From: a virus
IMG/VR virus record: IMGVR_UViG_3300044712_000991
Span: 130,279 to 194,278 of that record
Strand: one strand, 5' to 3'
Length of the DNA stretch: 64,000 nt
The notes under the pieces were generated by a model that saw nothing but the letters and a program-made list of their open reading frames with translations, made no database searches and was not told the DNA's origin. A program made the position numbers and the translations under genes. Numbering within the stretch: position 1 is the stretch's first letter; the number at the start of each line of letters is the position of its first letter. Below, in pieces: positions 16,905 to 24,409 of this stretch.

Positions 16905-17411
16905 TCAGTCCAAGCCCTTCCGTTGCTCGGCCAACCGTGCTTTGCGCCTCTGCCGAACATGCTGGACGAACTGCTCGGCTATCGCCCGACCCACAAACAA
17001 CGCCTCTTCCTCCGAGAAGTGCCCAACATCCATAGACACCCCATCGAAATTGAGGAAGTTGGCCGGTCGCGGGAGATCGATGTGGACTGCTCGTTTGGTC
17101 GTGACCGTCACGGACTTCCTCACGAAGTCCCCCGAAGTGTTCTCCACGACAGGTGGAGGGGCAGTCATCTTCTTCCGCTTGGGCACCGCGTACGCCACAG
17201 TCCGTCCACGATTCCACTCCTGGATAGCCGTATCCGATGAGCGGTAGAAGGTGGTGCGCCGTTGACACTTGGTGCACTGGACCCAATGCTTGGGCACCCC
17301 CATCCTGTACTTCATACGGACTTCAATCACGCCCCCGTTAAAGGGTTTGAAGGGACTCCTGCACGTGGGACAGGGCTCAATAGTGGTGGGGGTAGATTTT
17401 GCCATGGTCAC
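16905..17411 (-). CDS. Lar-like (restriction alleviation) zinc-ribbon protein with C-terminal extension
   Basis: CPTC...WVQCTKC...DTAIQEWNR. Confidence 0.55.
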   Translation of the reverse strand: MTMAKSTPTTIEPCPTCRSPFKPFNGGVIEVRMKYRMGVPKHWVQCTKCQRRTTFYRSSDTAIQEWNRGRTVAYAVPKRKKMTAPPPVVENTSGDFVRKSVTVTTKRAVHIDLPRPANFLNFDGVSMDVGHFSEEEALFVGRAIAEQFVQHVRQRRKARLAEQRKGLD

Positions 17412-17647
17412 TCTTCTTTCATCTTAGGTGGATTCAAATCGAAGCACACGAGATCACTTGTCATGTCCGCCGCAAGACCGACCTTCCGTTGACACCTTGG
17501 GCAGTCTATCCGGAGATACCCCCGCTTGGACTTCTGAAGGCGCTCATCAAACGCCGTGGCCTCAAACTTAGTCTTGCAATGAGGGCACTCGACCCCCGTG
17601 TCGGAGAAGCAGAGGATTGCCCCAGGAATGTGGACACAGTGACTCAA
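17408..17647 (-). CDS. Double zinc-ribbon protein
   Basis: CPHC...CPRC. Confidence 0.6.
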   Translation of the reverse strand: MSHCVHIPGAILCFSDTGVECPHCKTKFEATAFDERLQKSKRGYLRIDCPRCQRKVGLAADMTSDLVCFDLNPPKMKEE

Positions 17648-17901
17648 TGGGGCTCCCCCACCTCATCTGGAAACGGCGCATCCTGAACCTCTCTCATGGC
17701 GGTCACTAAGTCCATCATGAGGCGAGTCTCTGTGTCGTTTGTACTCCCCTGCCGGAACTCAAGCACCATGTGCATCAAGCGATCTCTCTGGGCTTTACAC
17801 GCGCTGGACCACGCATCTTGTTGGATGTGCCGAATGACCGTGGTCTTCCCGATGAGTCGAGTCTGCACTAAAAGCTGGAGCCACTCCGAACAGTAGCGCA
17901 T
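17644..17901 (-). CDS. Hypothetical protein
   Basis: Operon packing with ATGA overlap. Confidence 0.55.
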   Translation of the reverse strand: MRYCSEWLQLLVQTRLIGKTTVIRHIQQDAWSSACKAQRDRLMHMVLEFRQGSTNDTETRLMMDLVTAMREVQDAPFPDEVGEPH

Positions 17902-17903
17902 AG

Positions 17904-18125
17904 TTACCTTCCTCCCATGTACATTCTTGCTCGTATGCGCACCTTCGTGTTGAACAGTCGGATCGCCCTGTCCTCCCCGAACAACTCTACGGATAGCCCG
18001 CAGGTTTCGCAGAAGACCACGGTGTCCCCCGTGCGTTTATCTTGACGGATGTTCGGTAGATTCCCACAGCAAGTTTCACACCGTGCTGTGGGGATAATTG
18101 ATTTCTTCTTCTTGGGTTTCTTCAT
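17904..18125 (-). CDS. Lar-like zinc-ribbon protein
   Basis: CETC...VFCETCG...DRAIRLFN. Confidence 0.5.
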   Translation of the reverse strand: MKKPKKKKSIIPTARCETCCGNLPNIRQDKRTGDTVVFCETCGLSVELFGEDRAIRLFNTKVRIRARMYMGGR

Positions 18126-18355
18126 GGGTGCCTGTCAAACGGATATCTGAATCGAATGAGCCACCCTCCGAGGAGAACGAAGTTCACGAGTCCTGCCTTC
18201 TCACTGAAGGACATCTGCGTCCAGAGCGACCCGCGCACATCCCGGGCATACACCCCGAACCCGAAGACCCTCACCCACAGTCGGTCCCCCTCGGGGGACT
18301 TACGGCCGGTGCGACTACATTGAAATCCTGGAATACGAAATCTCCTAGCGATCAT
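18122..18355 (-). CDS. Hypothetical protein
   Basis: Internal ATG at 18355 overlaps the upstream gene end. Confidence 0.5.
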   Translation of the reverse strand: MIARRFRIPGFQCSRTGRKSPEGDRLWVRVFGFGVYARDVRGSLWTQMSFSEKAGLVNFVLLGGWLIRFRYPFDRHP

Positions 18356-18590
18356 GCACGGGGTCTTTCTTCGGAATACCCCTGTAGGGAGGAAGCGTTT
18401 CTGGTGCATCCACCGCATAGTGCACGGCGATAGACAGTCCACGGAGAACCCTCAGGGCATCCTTCACCCGCATCCAGACTTCCACATAGGGTAGGCAGGG
18501 CTTGCTAAGATACCACCGCCCTCGGATCATGTCCATGGTCTTGTCAGGACGCGTGTGTATCTGCACGAGGTTGTCGATGAGGATGCTCAT
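18345..18590 (-). CDS. Hypothetical protein
   Basis: ATGA overlap at 18587-18590. Confidence 0.55.
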   Translation of the reverse strand: MSILIDNLVQIHTRPDKTMDMIRGRWYLSKPCLPYVEVWMRVKDALRVLRGLSIAVHYAVDAPETLPPYRGIPKKDPVHDR

Positions 18591-19405
18591 GGGCGTTCTC
18601 CAGGCAGACAAAGGTGGATGCGCACGGCAGTCGTTCTGCACGTGTTCTCACTTCCAGGAACGTCGGAGAACCATACGAGGTACCACGCTCCCCCGGGATT
18701 GGGCTGACTCTTCCACATCTTCCCCGCGTAGACCCCCGTGGGAGTCGAACCAGTGTAGTCCATGAGTTGCCCGAAGGTCTCCATGGTCATCCGCGCACAA
18801 TCGCCATCGAAGCGGATACTCTCCACGGAAGGCTGCGTCCACCCCTTGCTCAACGGGTGCACCATGGGCGGGATGCTATACAGTGGCGGTACCTCCCTCT
18901 CCACGGGCTTCTCCTTGGGGGCATTCGATGCAGGTGGCAGGGGAGCAAGTTTGTTCCGCTCGGCCACCGAGAGGTCAATCAGGCGGCGTGCGATATCCAA
19001 CAGCCGATCATCAATCGTCTCGGACTCTCGTAGGGGTACCTCTGCCCCGTACGTCCTGCACTTGAGAACATCCGCCGCGAGGTGTGTGAGTGCGCTGGAC
19101 AGGTCTGTCGGGGAGTGCGATGGTACAATCTCCGGACCACATGTGTAGCCCGTAAGTACTGTAGGCTCACTCTCGGGCTCGTCCTTCGGGGGATAATCCA
19201 CGAATGACACACTATTGAAGCGTAGTCCCGGGTACTCCTGGAGCTCGATCTTAGTGTGCCATGTGTGAACATCCGTTGCCTGAACCGTGTACATCCCACC
19301 CACCACAAGAACGCCACGGGGGTCATCATTGTTTCCGAACTTCACCTGCTCGTCTGTTGCCCCCACGTACTTCACTTGTGCACCCTTTTGAGCTTGAATA
19401 TTCAT
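18587..19405 (-). CDS. Multi-domain phage hypothetical protein
   Basis: GGAG SD; 272 aa ORF. Confidence 0.7.
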   Translation of the reverse strand: MNIQAQKGAQVKYVGATDEQVKFGNNDDPRGVLVVGGMYTVQATDVHTWHTKIELQEYPGLRFNSVSFVDYPPKDEPESEPTVLTGYTCGPEIVPSHSPTDLSSALTHLAADVLKCRTYGAEVPLRESETIDDRLLDIARRLIDLSVAERNKLAPLPPASNAPKEKPVEREVPPLYSIPPMVHPLSKGWTQPSVESIRFDGDCARMTMETFGQLMDYTGSTPTGVYAGKMWKSQPNPGGAWYLVWFSDVPGSENTCRTTAVRIHLCLPGERP

Positions 19406-19418
19406 ATCGTTTCTCCTA

Positions 19419-19853
19419 TTAGTCTGCTGTCCACTGCCAAACGAGATATGTAAGTACTGCCTCAGCGACCAAGATCACAACGAACACCGGCCATCTATCC
19501 CAGTTCCAACCTCCACCGTTACGGTGATACACCTTGTCCACCTCGATGTGAATGGCGATGGGCAGGGGGACATACCTAGTCTGATAGTAGTCGAAATTAT
19601 GAAACTTCCTGTACGTCTCCCAATCATCACGCCTTACGATGTTACCGTACGCTCCCGCGATATCGGGGAACATCCCGAGCACCGCACCCACGTAGCCCAC
19701 GGTACGGGCAGTCTGATTGTCGGCTCCCAGCAACTTCGCGGTTCCCGCGTACAACGTGAAACCGGCCAGTCCGTGACCAACGGTGCTATCCGCCGAGGCC
19801 TGTGCAACCCCACCCATGAGAAGGCACGCCAACACCACAGAGCGCCCTATCAC
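19419..19853 (-). CDS. Membrane protein resembling metal-dependent hydrolases (YdjM-like)
   Basis: GTG overlapping the upstream TGA; GHGLAG...LGMFPDI...FH...IHIEVDKVYH with TM segments. Confidence 0.45.
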   Translation of the reverse strand: MIGRSVVLACLLMGGVAQASADSTVGHGLAGFTLYAGTAKLLGADNQTARTVGYVGAVLGMFPDIAGAYGNIVRRDDWETYRKFHNFDYYQTRYVPLPIAIHIEVDKVYHRNGGGWNWDRWPVFVVILVAEAVLTYLVWQWTAD

Positions 19854-20116
19854 GCTATCACCTTCTGCTCGCGTAAGTCCCGGTTGAGTTCCTCGCAGAC
19901 TGCCCTCGCCCTCCCTAGTGCCTCCTCGGGATTGCGCAGGTAGCCCTTGATACGCCGAACGACCTTCCCCCGCTTCAAGCCCTTCTTGCTCGCTCGCGGT
20001 ATCCACTGAAAGATGCCCAAACTGAAACTCACGGCGTGCGCGTACGCCCCCGGTTGTCCGGGAGCGCATGCGCCATCGAAGTCGTACTCATAGGGTTGTG
20101 GATTAGCCTTGGGCAT
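19850..20116 (-). CDS. Hypothetical basic protein
   Basis: GGAG SD. Confidence 0.6.
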   Translation of the reverse strand: MPKANPQPYEYDFDGACAPGQPGAYAHAVSFSLGIFQWIPRASKKGLKRGKVVRRIKGYLRNPEEALGRARAVCEELNRDLREQKVIA

Positions 20117-20669
20117 CGAGAGTCTCCTGTTCAGTAGTTGGGGGTAGTCTATAGCCGACCTTACGGGCACGGTTGATGAGCATCATCTTCAGGTGTGGGG
20201 AGAGGATGCTCACCTTGTACGTCAGGAAGACCCTTTTGGCGTACCGCAGAAGACCCTCGGCGGAGATCATACCGCACCACTGTTTGCGGAGCGCCTCGTA
20301 CTTCTCCTCCCAATGCCCTGCGTTCTGAGCGTACCTCAGGGCTTCCCTCTCCCACCCCCTGGCACGGGTGTCCGCCGCATCCCGTTCGTTCTGCGCTTGA
20401 TCCACAGAGCGCCCGTATTCCTCGGCCTCCACAGTAGCCGCCTGTGCTGTGGCGGTAGCCACCCTGAGTTTTTCTAGGGTCTCCACATGGGTCTTCCACA
20501 ACTCCTGATACGCCTCATCCGTGATGTACAGCGTGGTGTCCTCGAAGGTCAACGCCCCTTCATACGCGGTGTACACCCACCCATCGTGCTTCATGCGCCG
20601 CAGAACATACAGTCGTCTGGGCATCGGGACATCCGTGGGGATGGGGCGTGTGTTACCTGCTAAGTCCAT
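20103..20669 (-). CDS. Coiled-coil hypothetical protein
   Basis: AAGGAG SD after promoter 20692-20720. Confidence 0.65.
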   Translation of the reverse strand: MDLAGNTRPIPTDVPMPRRLYVLRRMKHDGWVYTAYEGALTFEDTTLYITDEAYQELWKTHVETLEKLRVATATAQAATVEAEEYGRSVDQAQNERDAADTRARGWEREALRYAQNAGHWEEKYEALRKQWCGMISAEGLLRYAKRVFLTYKVSILSPHLKMMLINRARKVGYRLPPTTEQETLDAQG

Positions 20670-20691
20670 TGGCTCTCCTTTTACGTGCTCC

Positions 20692-20720
20692 AATATACAA
20701 CATTGGAAACAGAATGTCAA
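20692..20720 (-). promoter_or_regulatory. sigma70 promoter TTGACA-N17-TATATT
   Basis: -35 at 20715-20720, -10 at 20692-20697. Confidence 0.8.
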
Positions 20721-20920
20721 GTGGGGTGCTCAGATTTTTCCCATGCGTAACCACAGGGAATGAGGTCTCCTCGGGGGTTCCACGGGTTCTCCACCAGACC
20801 ATCACAGCGATAGACCACATGGGAGGATTTCCATGTGACGCACGGTGGGTGAACTTCACGCACTAGGCGCGATCCGCACTCGGGACACACCGATGGACAG
20901 TCTTTTGGTCTTCTACCCAT
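20717..20920 (-). CDS. Zinc-ribbon small protein
   Basis: CPECG...YRC...PCG; GGAGG SD. Confidence 0.55.
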   Translation of the reverse strand: MGRRPKDCPSVCPECGSRLVREVHPPCVTWKSSHVVYRCDGLVENPWNPRGDLIPCGYAWEKSEHPT

Positions 20921-20932
20921 GATGACCTCCTC

Positions 20933-21142
20933 CTACCCTATTTTGTCCTCAAGCAGAACGTACTGCTCCCGCGTGATCTCGCTCCAGAAGAGGAGGCGCA
21001 CAGCCTGCCCCACCACGGGGTGCGCGAGTTCGTCGGCCAGCCACGAAGTGGGGTGTTCATCGATCACAGCCTGTCGGGTGTCATGCCCGTACCTCGAAAT
21101 GTACTCGTAGAGCATGAAGAAGTACTGCTTGTCCTTGCTCAT
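20933..21142 (-). CDS. Hypothetical protein
   Basis: ATGA overlap. Confidence 0.55.
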   Translation of the reverse strand: MSKDKQYFFMLYEYISRYGHDTRQAVIDEHPTSWLADELAHPVVGQAVRLLFWSEITREQYVLLEDKIG

Positions 21143-21360
21143 CGCTGGCTCTCCACATGCGCACTGGGATGGCGCTCCTCGAAGAGGGGGCAGTTCACGC
21201 ACTCGTACCACATGGTGTTCGTGAGACTCGGAGTGCCGCCTACGCCTACGGTGTGGAAGAAGTCCCCCTGGCTGTCAACAAAGGAGTACTTGCACGCCTC
21301 CCGCCTTGCCGCACCACGCACTTTCAGATCGGCGGCGTGGATCATCCAGTTCTTAGCCAT
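21139..21360 (-). CDS. Cys-containing hypothetical protein
   Basis: Operon packing. Confidence 0.55.
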   Translation of the reverse strand: MAKNWMIHAADLKVRGAARREACKYSFVDSQGDFFHTVGVGGTPSLTNTMWYECVNCPLFEERHPSAHVESQR

Positions 21361-21670
21361 GATTGGTCTTTCCTAACGGTGGAAGAAACACACGCTCGTT
21401 CTTGCGCTCCTTCCAGTATGTTGAGAGGCAGAACCCGAGGTCTGACAGGTCATCCCGTGTAAAGATGGATGCCCCGTACATGACAAGACCCCCGATAAAC
21501 ACGATGACCGCCGCCACCCAGGATGCGGGGTTCCACCAGTTCCATGTCCACGACACGAGGTCGCCATCGTGCCAGTAGCGGACAATCATGAGGATGCGCA
21601 TCAGGTGACCTGCGTGGGTCAGATTATACGGATGACTCTTTTTTGTTCTCGTGCTGAGTTTCATTCTCAT
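21353..21670 (-). CDS. Small membrane protein
   Basis: WNWWNPASW followed by a TM segment. Confidence 0.55.
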   Translation of the reverse strand: MRMKLSTRTKKSHPYNLTHAGHLMRILMIVRYWHDGDLVSWTWNWWNPASWVAAVIVFIGGLVMYGASIFTRDDLSDLGFCLSTYWKERKNERVFLPPLGKTNHG

Positions 21671-22080
21671 GTGGTCTCCTGCGAAGGCGGTCGGTCTTGT
21701 TCGGTCGGTCTGTGTGCAACACCCACGACCACCCGTGCCTGTTGCCGAGCAGTAAAATGGGCTTCAGATTTGCTCAGTACTCTCTGCAACTCCTGCTCTT
21801 CCAAAGCATCGGCATCGAAGCCCTTGGACTGACAGTATACGAGCAGCGTGATACACACCCCTCCCACCTCCTGCGGTGGATCACCAGCGGGTCTGCCATA
21901 GACATAGTCCACAATCTTGTGTGCCATATCACGAGTCAGTCCTTCAGCCTGGGCGAGTTCTGTGGCTTCCTCTAGCACTCGGGTGACCCTCTCCACCACA
22001 TTGCCGACAGTCTCTGCGCCAAAACAGCGTACGGCCCAGTCTGTGGCTTGAATCTGGCGTGACCTGCGTACGGAACTCAT
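21667..22080 (-). CDS. MazG-like all-alpha NTP pyrophosphohydrolase
   Basis: ERVTRVLEEATELAQA...DPPQEVGGVCITL (EExxE...E pattern). Confidence 0.6.
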   Translation of the reverse strand: MSSVRRSRQIQATDWAVRCFGAETVGNVVERVTRVLEEATELAQAEGLTRDMAHKIVDYVYGRPAGDPPQEVGGVCITLLVYCQSKGFDADALEEQELQRVLSKSEAHFTARQQARVVVGVAHRPTEQDRPPSQETT

Positions 22081-22334
22081 GCGCCCTGCCCGTTCTTTTG
22101 GGGGTCATCCTTGTCAGGTACGCGCAGGGTCGTGTGGACACGCACGGTGGACTCGATTCGCATTTTTCCACCATCTTCGCCGTGTCTCCCCCACTCCCAA
22201 CTCATATGGATGTCGGGACCGAACTGAAAGTTGTGTCCTGGTGAGTACTGGACGGTCATCCGTGTAAGTTCGTACTTCAGGGCGATCGCCGCGAGTTCTC
22301 GGCAAATCTGTATCTGCTGTTCTGGGATAGTCAT
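22077..22334 (-). CDS. Hypothetical protein
   Basis: ATGA overlaps. Confidence 0.6.
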   Translation of the reverse strand: MTIPEQQIQICRELAAIALKYELTRMTVQYSPGHNFQFGPDIHMSWEWGRHGEDGGKMRIESTVRVHTTLRVPDKDDPQKNGQGA

Positions 22335-22651
22335 TTCCTTTTCTTCCTTTCCTTCTCTTGGGGCTTGGCGTGGAGCGGTGGATAGCCCAAATCCTCGCGC
22401 CGAGCATCGTTGAGCATCTTCAAGTATTCGATGGTCTCCCTATCCGAATTCGATAACTCGGGTAAGTCCTTGCTTGTCAGTGTGATTCTCCGTGGCACAT
22501 CTGTCGCTGGAATATCGCTCTCAGAGTACGGAAAGTACATCAACGTTTTTTCATCTACCCAAAACCCATCCTCCGAGGAACGCTCTGGTCTATTCTGCGT
22601 AAGGTGTACGGCTCCGTTGGGTTGTTTCACCACCCAAAGCTCAAGTCTCAT
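22331..22651 (-). CDS. Hypothetical protein
   Basis: ATGA overlaps. Confidence 0.6.
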   Translation of the reverse strand: MRLELWVVKQPNGAVHLTQNRPERSSEDGFWVDEKTLMYFPYSESDIPATDVPRRITLTSKDLPELSNSDRETIEYLKMLNDARREDLGYPPLHAKPQEKERKKRK

Positions 22652-22968
22652 GCCAGGGCTTTCTTGATGGTGTCCAACACGGCCGCTATACGGGCATTAT
22701 GCGCATCCGCCCCGCAGTTGCACTCGGTGTCCTCGGGGTTCGCGCAGGCATCGGGATGCTTGGGACACGAATACCCCAAATCCTCACGGTAATGAGGTAG
22801 CACACTCTGTTCCAACACCTTGACCGCCTCGGTCAAGAGCGACAGCGGAACGTACTCCACCGCATCATCCTGACCCTCCAGTCGCTGGTCTGCCCACTCC
22901 CCGAAGTGTCCGTGGGGTGTAGTGGACTGCGTGTCCACCCATATTCTTGTCGGCGTGAGTCCCATCAT
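22648..22968 (-). CDS. Hypothetical protein with C-terminal Cys cluster
   Basis: CPKH...CANPEDTECNCG. Confidence 0.6.
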   Translation of the reverse strand: MMGLTPTRIWVDTQSTTPHGHFGEWADQRLEGQDDAVEYVPLSLLTEAVKVLEQSVLPHYREDLGYSCPKHPDACANPEDTECNCGADAHNARIAAVLDTIKKALA

Positions 22969-23291
22969 CTCTTTCCTTTACGCTCGGGCTTGCTCACCGT
23001 ACGTACGCGTACGTGTGGGCGTGCAGACATGGGTGTCGCCCGAGGGTCTTGTCGTTGGAGAATGAACTGCACGGTCACGCTACTCATGCGCACCCCTACC
23101 ACCTGTAACTTGGAGTCCCGCATGGTCTGTCCCTCGTACTGCTTGAGCAACTGCTTGGCGAACCGCCGGAGTGCCCCCTGCATGCCCAACCCCCGCACGG
23201 TGTTGTCCTGGAGTTCGGCGGTCATGCCCATGGTTGCGCCAAATGATACATGATCGGCCTTCTTGCCCTTCATATACACATCGTAACTCAT
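22965..23291 (-). CDS. Hypothetical protein
   Basis: GGAGG SD. Confidence 0.6.
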   Translation of the reverse strand: MSYDVYMKGKKADHVSFGATMGMTAELQDNTVRGLGMQGALRRFAKQLLKQYEGQTMRDSKLQVVGVRMSSVTVQFILQRQDPRATPMSARPHVRVRTVSKPERKGKR

Positions 23292-23292
23292 G

Positions 23293-23478
23293 CTACACCT
23301 CCTCCCGGATACGGTCAGCGATGTCCTTCAGGCGATTGAACTGCGCGGGTGAGCACTCGGAGGGCACGGCGTACCCGTTGAGGGTCTGCATGAACTCCCG
23401 CTCCCAGTCCGTCAGGCGCGTGGGATGCGCATTGATGAGTTCCATGTTCTCCTGTACTATCTTCTCTCGAAAGTTCAT
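23293..23478 (-). CDS. Small hypothetical protein (LTDWEREF motif)
   Basis: AAGGA SD after promoter 23507-23535. Confidence 0.6.
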   Translation of the reverse strand: MNFREKIVQENMELINAHPTRLTDWEREFMQTLNGYAVPSECSPAQFNRLKDIADRIREEV

Positions 23479-23506
23479 GCGCGAATGTCCTTCTGTGGTT
23501 GTGCCC

Positions 23507-23535
23507 AATATACAACATGGAGATCGAAAAGTCAA
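23507..23535 (-). promoter_or_regulatory. sigma70 promoter TTGACT-N17-TATATT
   Basis: -35 at 23530-23535, -10 at 23507-23512. Confidence 0.8.
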
Positions 23536-23816
23536 GTCCTGTCCTTCTTTGGTTTCTCGGTTGCCATTCGACAAGTCATACGTTTCCCCACCGTGCCCTC
23601 CCAGAGCATACACCAAGCGGTTCTGTGCAAATCGCGTACTCCCGGAGCGGGACGAGGTCGATACTGCCGACACTCTCCGCACGGTATCTCCCCCTTCTTA
23701 GCCCTGTGGTACTCTCGTACGCTCATTGTTTCCTCCACCTGCGGAGGAGTCTGCGACACCACGGCCAATGGCGATGGATGGCAAGTCCGCCCATCCACAC
23801 CACAAGAAGTACGCAC
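23532..23816 (-). CDS. Cys-rich hypothetical protein (start uncertain)
   Basis: CGEC...C...C. Confidence 0.45.
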   Translation of the reverse strand: MRTSCGVDGRTCHPSPLAVVSQTPPQVEETMSVREYHRAKKGEIPCGECRQYRPRPAPGVRDLHRTAWCMLWEGTVGKRMTCRMATEKPKKDRT

Positions 23817-23867
23817 GCCCCGTACAGCAGTATGGGGGGCGTGAGTGCATGTACGGGTCCTATCGTG

Positions 23868-24143
23868 TCACCCATTAGTTCCTCCTTCACCACCCTGATC
23901 CTCGGGGGCTTTCAGTTTTGGTATTCCCTGGAACTCGTTGCAGATACCGCTAGCATCCACAGGAAGGTCTGTGGTGGTCGGGGGGCGTCCTGGGTACACC
24001 CATGTGAACTGCACCCTCTGGCAGATGTACTGCCCATCCTCATCACCATACCCGTGCAGGCAGTTCGCACACGCATCCTGATCGCGGTAGCCCTTCGCAG
24101 CCAAAGTGGCCTCCGCCTGTTTACGCGCCTCTTCGTAGTTCAT
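23868..24143 (-). CDS. 4-Cys small protein, tandem paralog 2
   Basis: MNYEEARKQAEA...CANC...YICQRVQFTW...PVDASGICNEF. Confidence 0.7.
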   Translation of the reverse strand: MNYEEARKQAEATLAAKGYRDQDACANCLHGYGDEDGQYICQRVQFTWVYPGRPPTTTDLPVDASGICNEFQGIPKLKAPEDQGGEGGTNG

Positions 24144-24409
24144 GGTGTGCCTCCCGTTGTAGGTGGTAATTCCACGGTGACCTGCCTCTCGAACTTGTTG
24201 CATACGCCGTTCGGGTCTACGGGCATGGTGGTCACTTTTGAGCGTGCTCCAACAACCCATGTCCACTCGAATGTCACACGCTGACACTCGTATGATCCTT
24301 CCCTATCATCCCACACATGGGCGCACACCGCACATGTGTTGACTTCATGGTACCCATCGGCTGCCACGAGCAAGGCTTTCGCCTTCTGCTTCTCTTCTTC
24401 ATAATCCAT
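24140..24409 (-). CDS. 4-Cys small protein, tandem paralog 1
   Basis: MDYEEEKQKAKA...CAVC...YECQRVTFEW...PVDPNGVCNKF. Confidence 0.7.
   Translation of the reverse strand: MDYEEEKQKAKALLVAADGYHEVNTCAVCAHVWDDREGSYECQRVTFEWTWVVGARSKVTTMPVDPNGVCNKFERQVTVELPPTTGGTP

Noticed and set aside
23868-24409. Diversity-generating retroelement TR/VR pair
   Set aside because: The paralogs differ at all base types, not only adenines, and no reverse transcriptase is present in the window.
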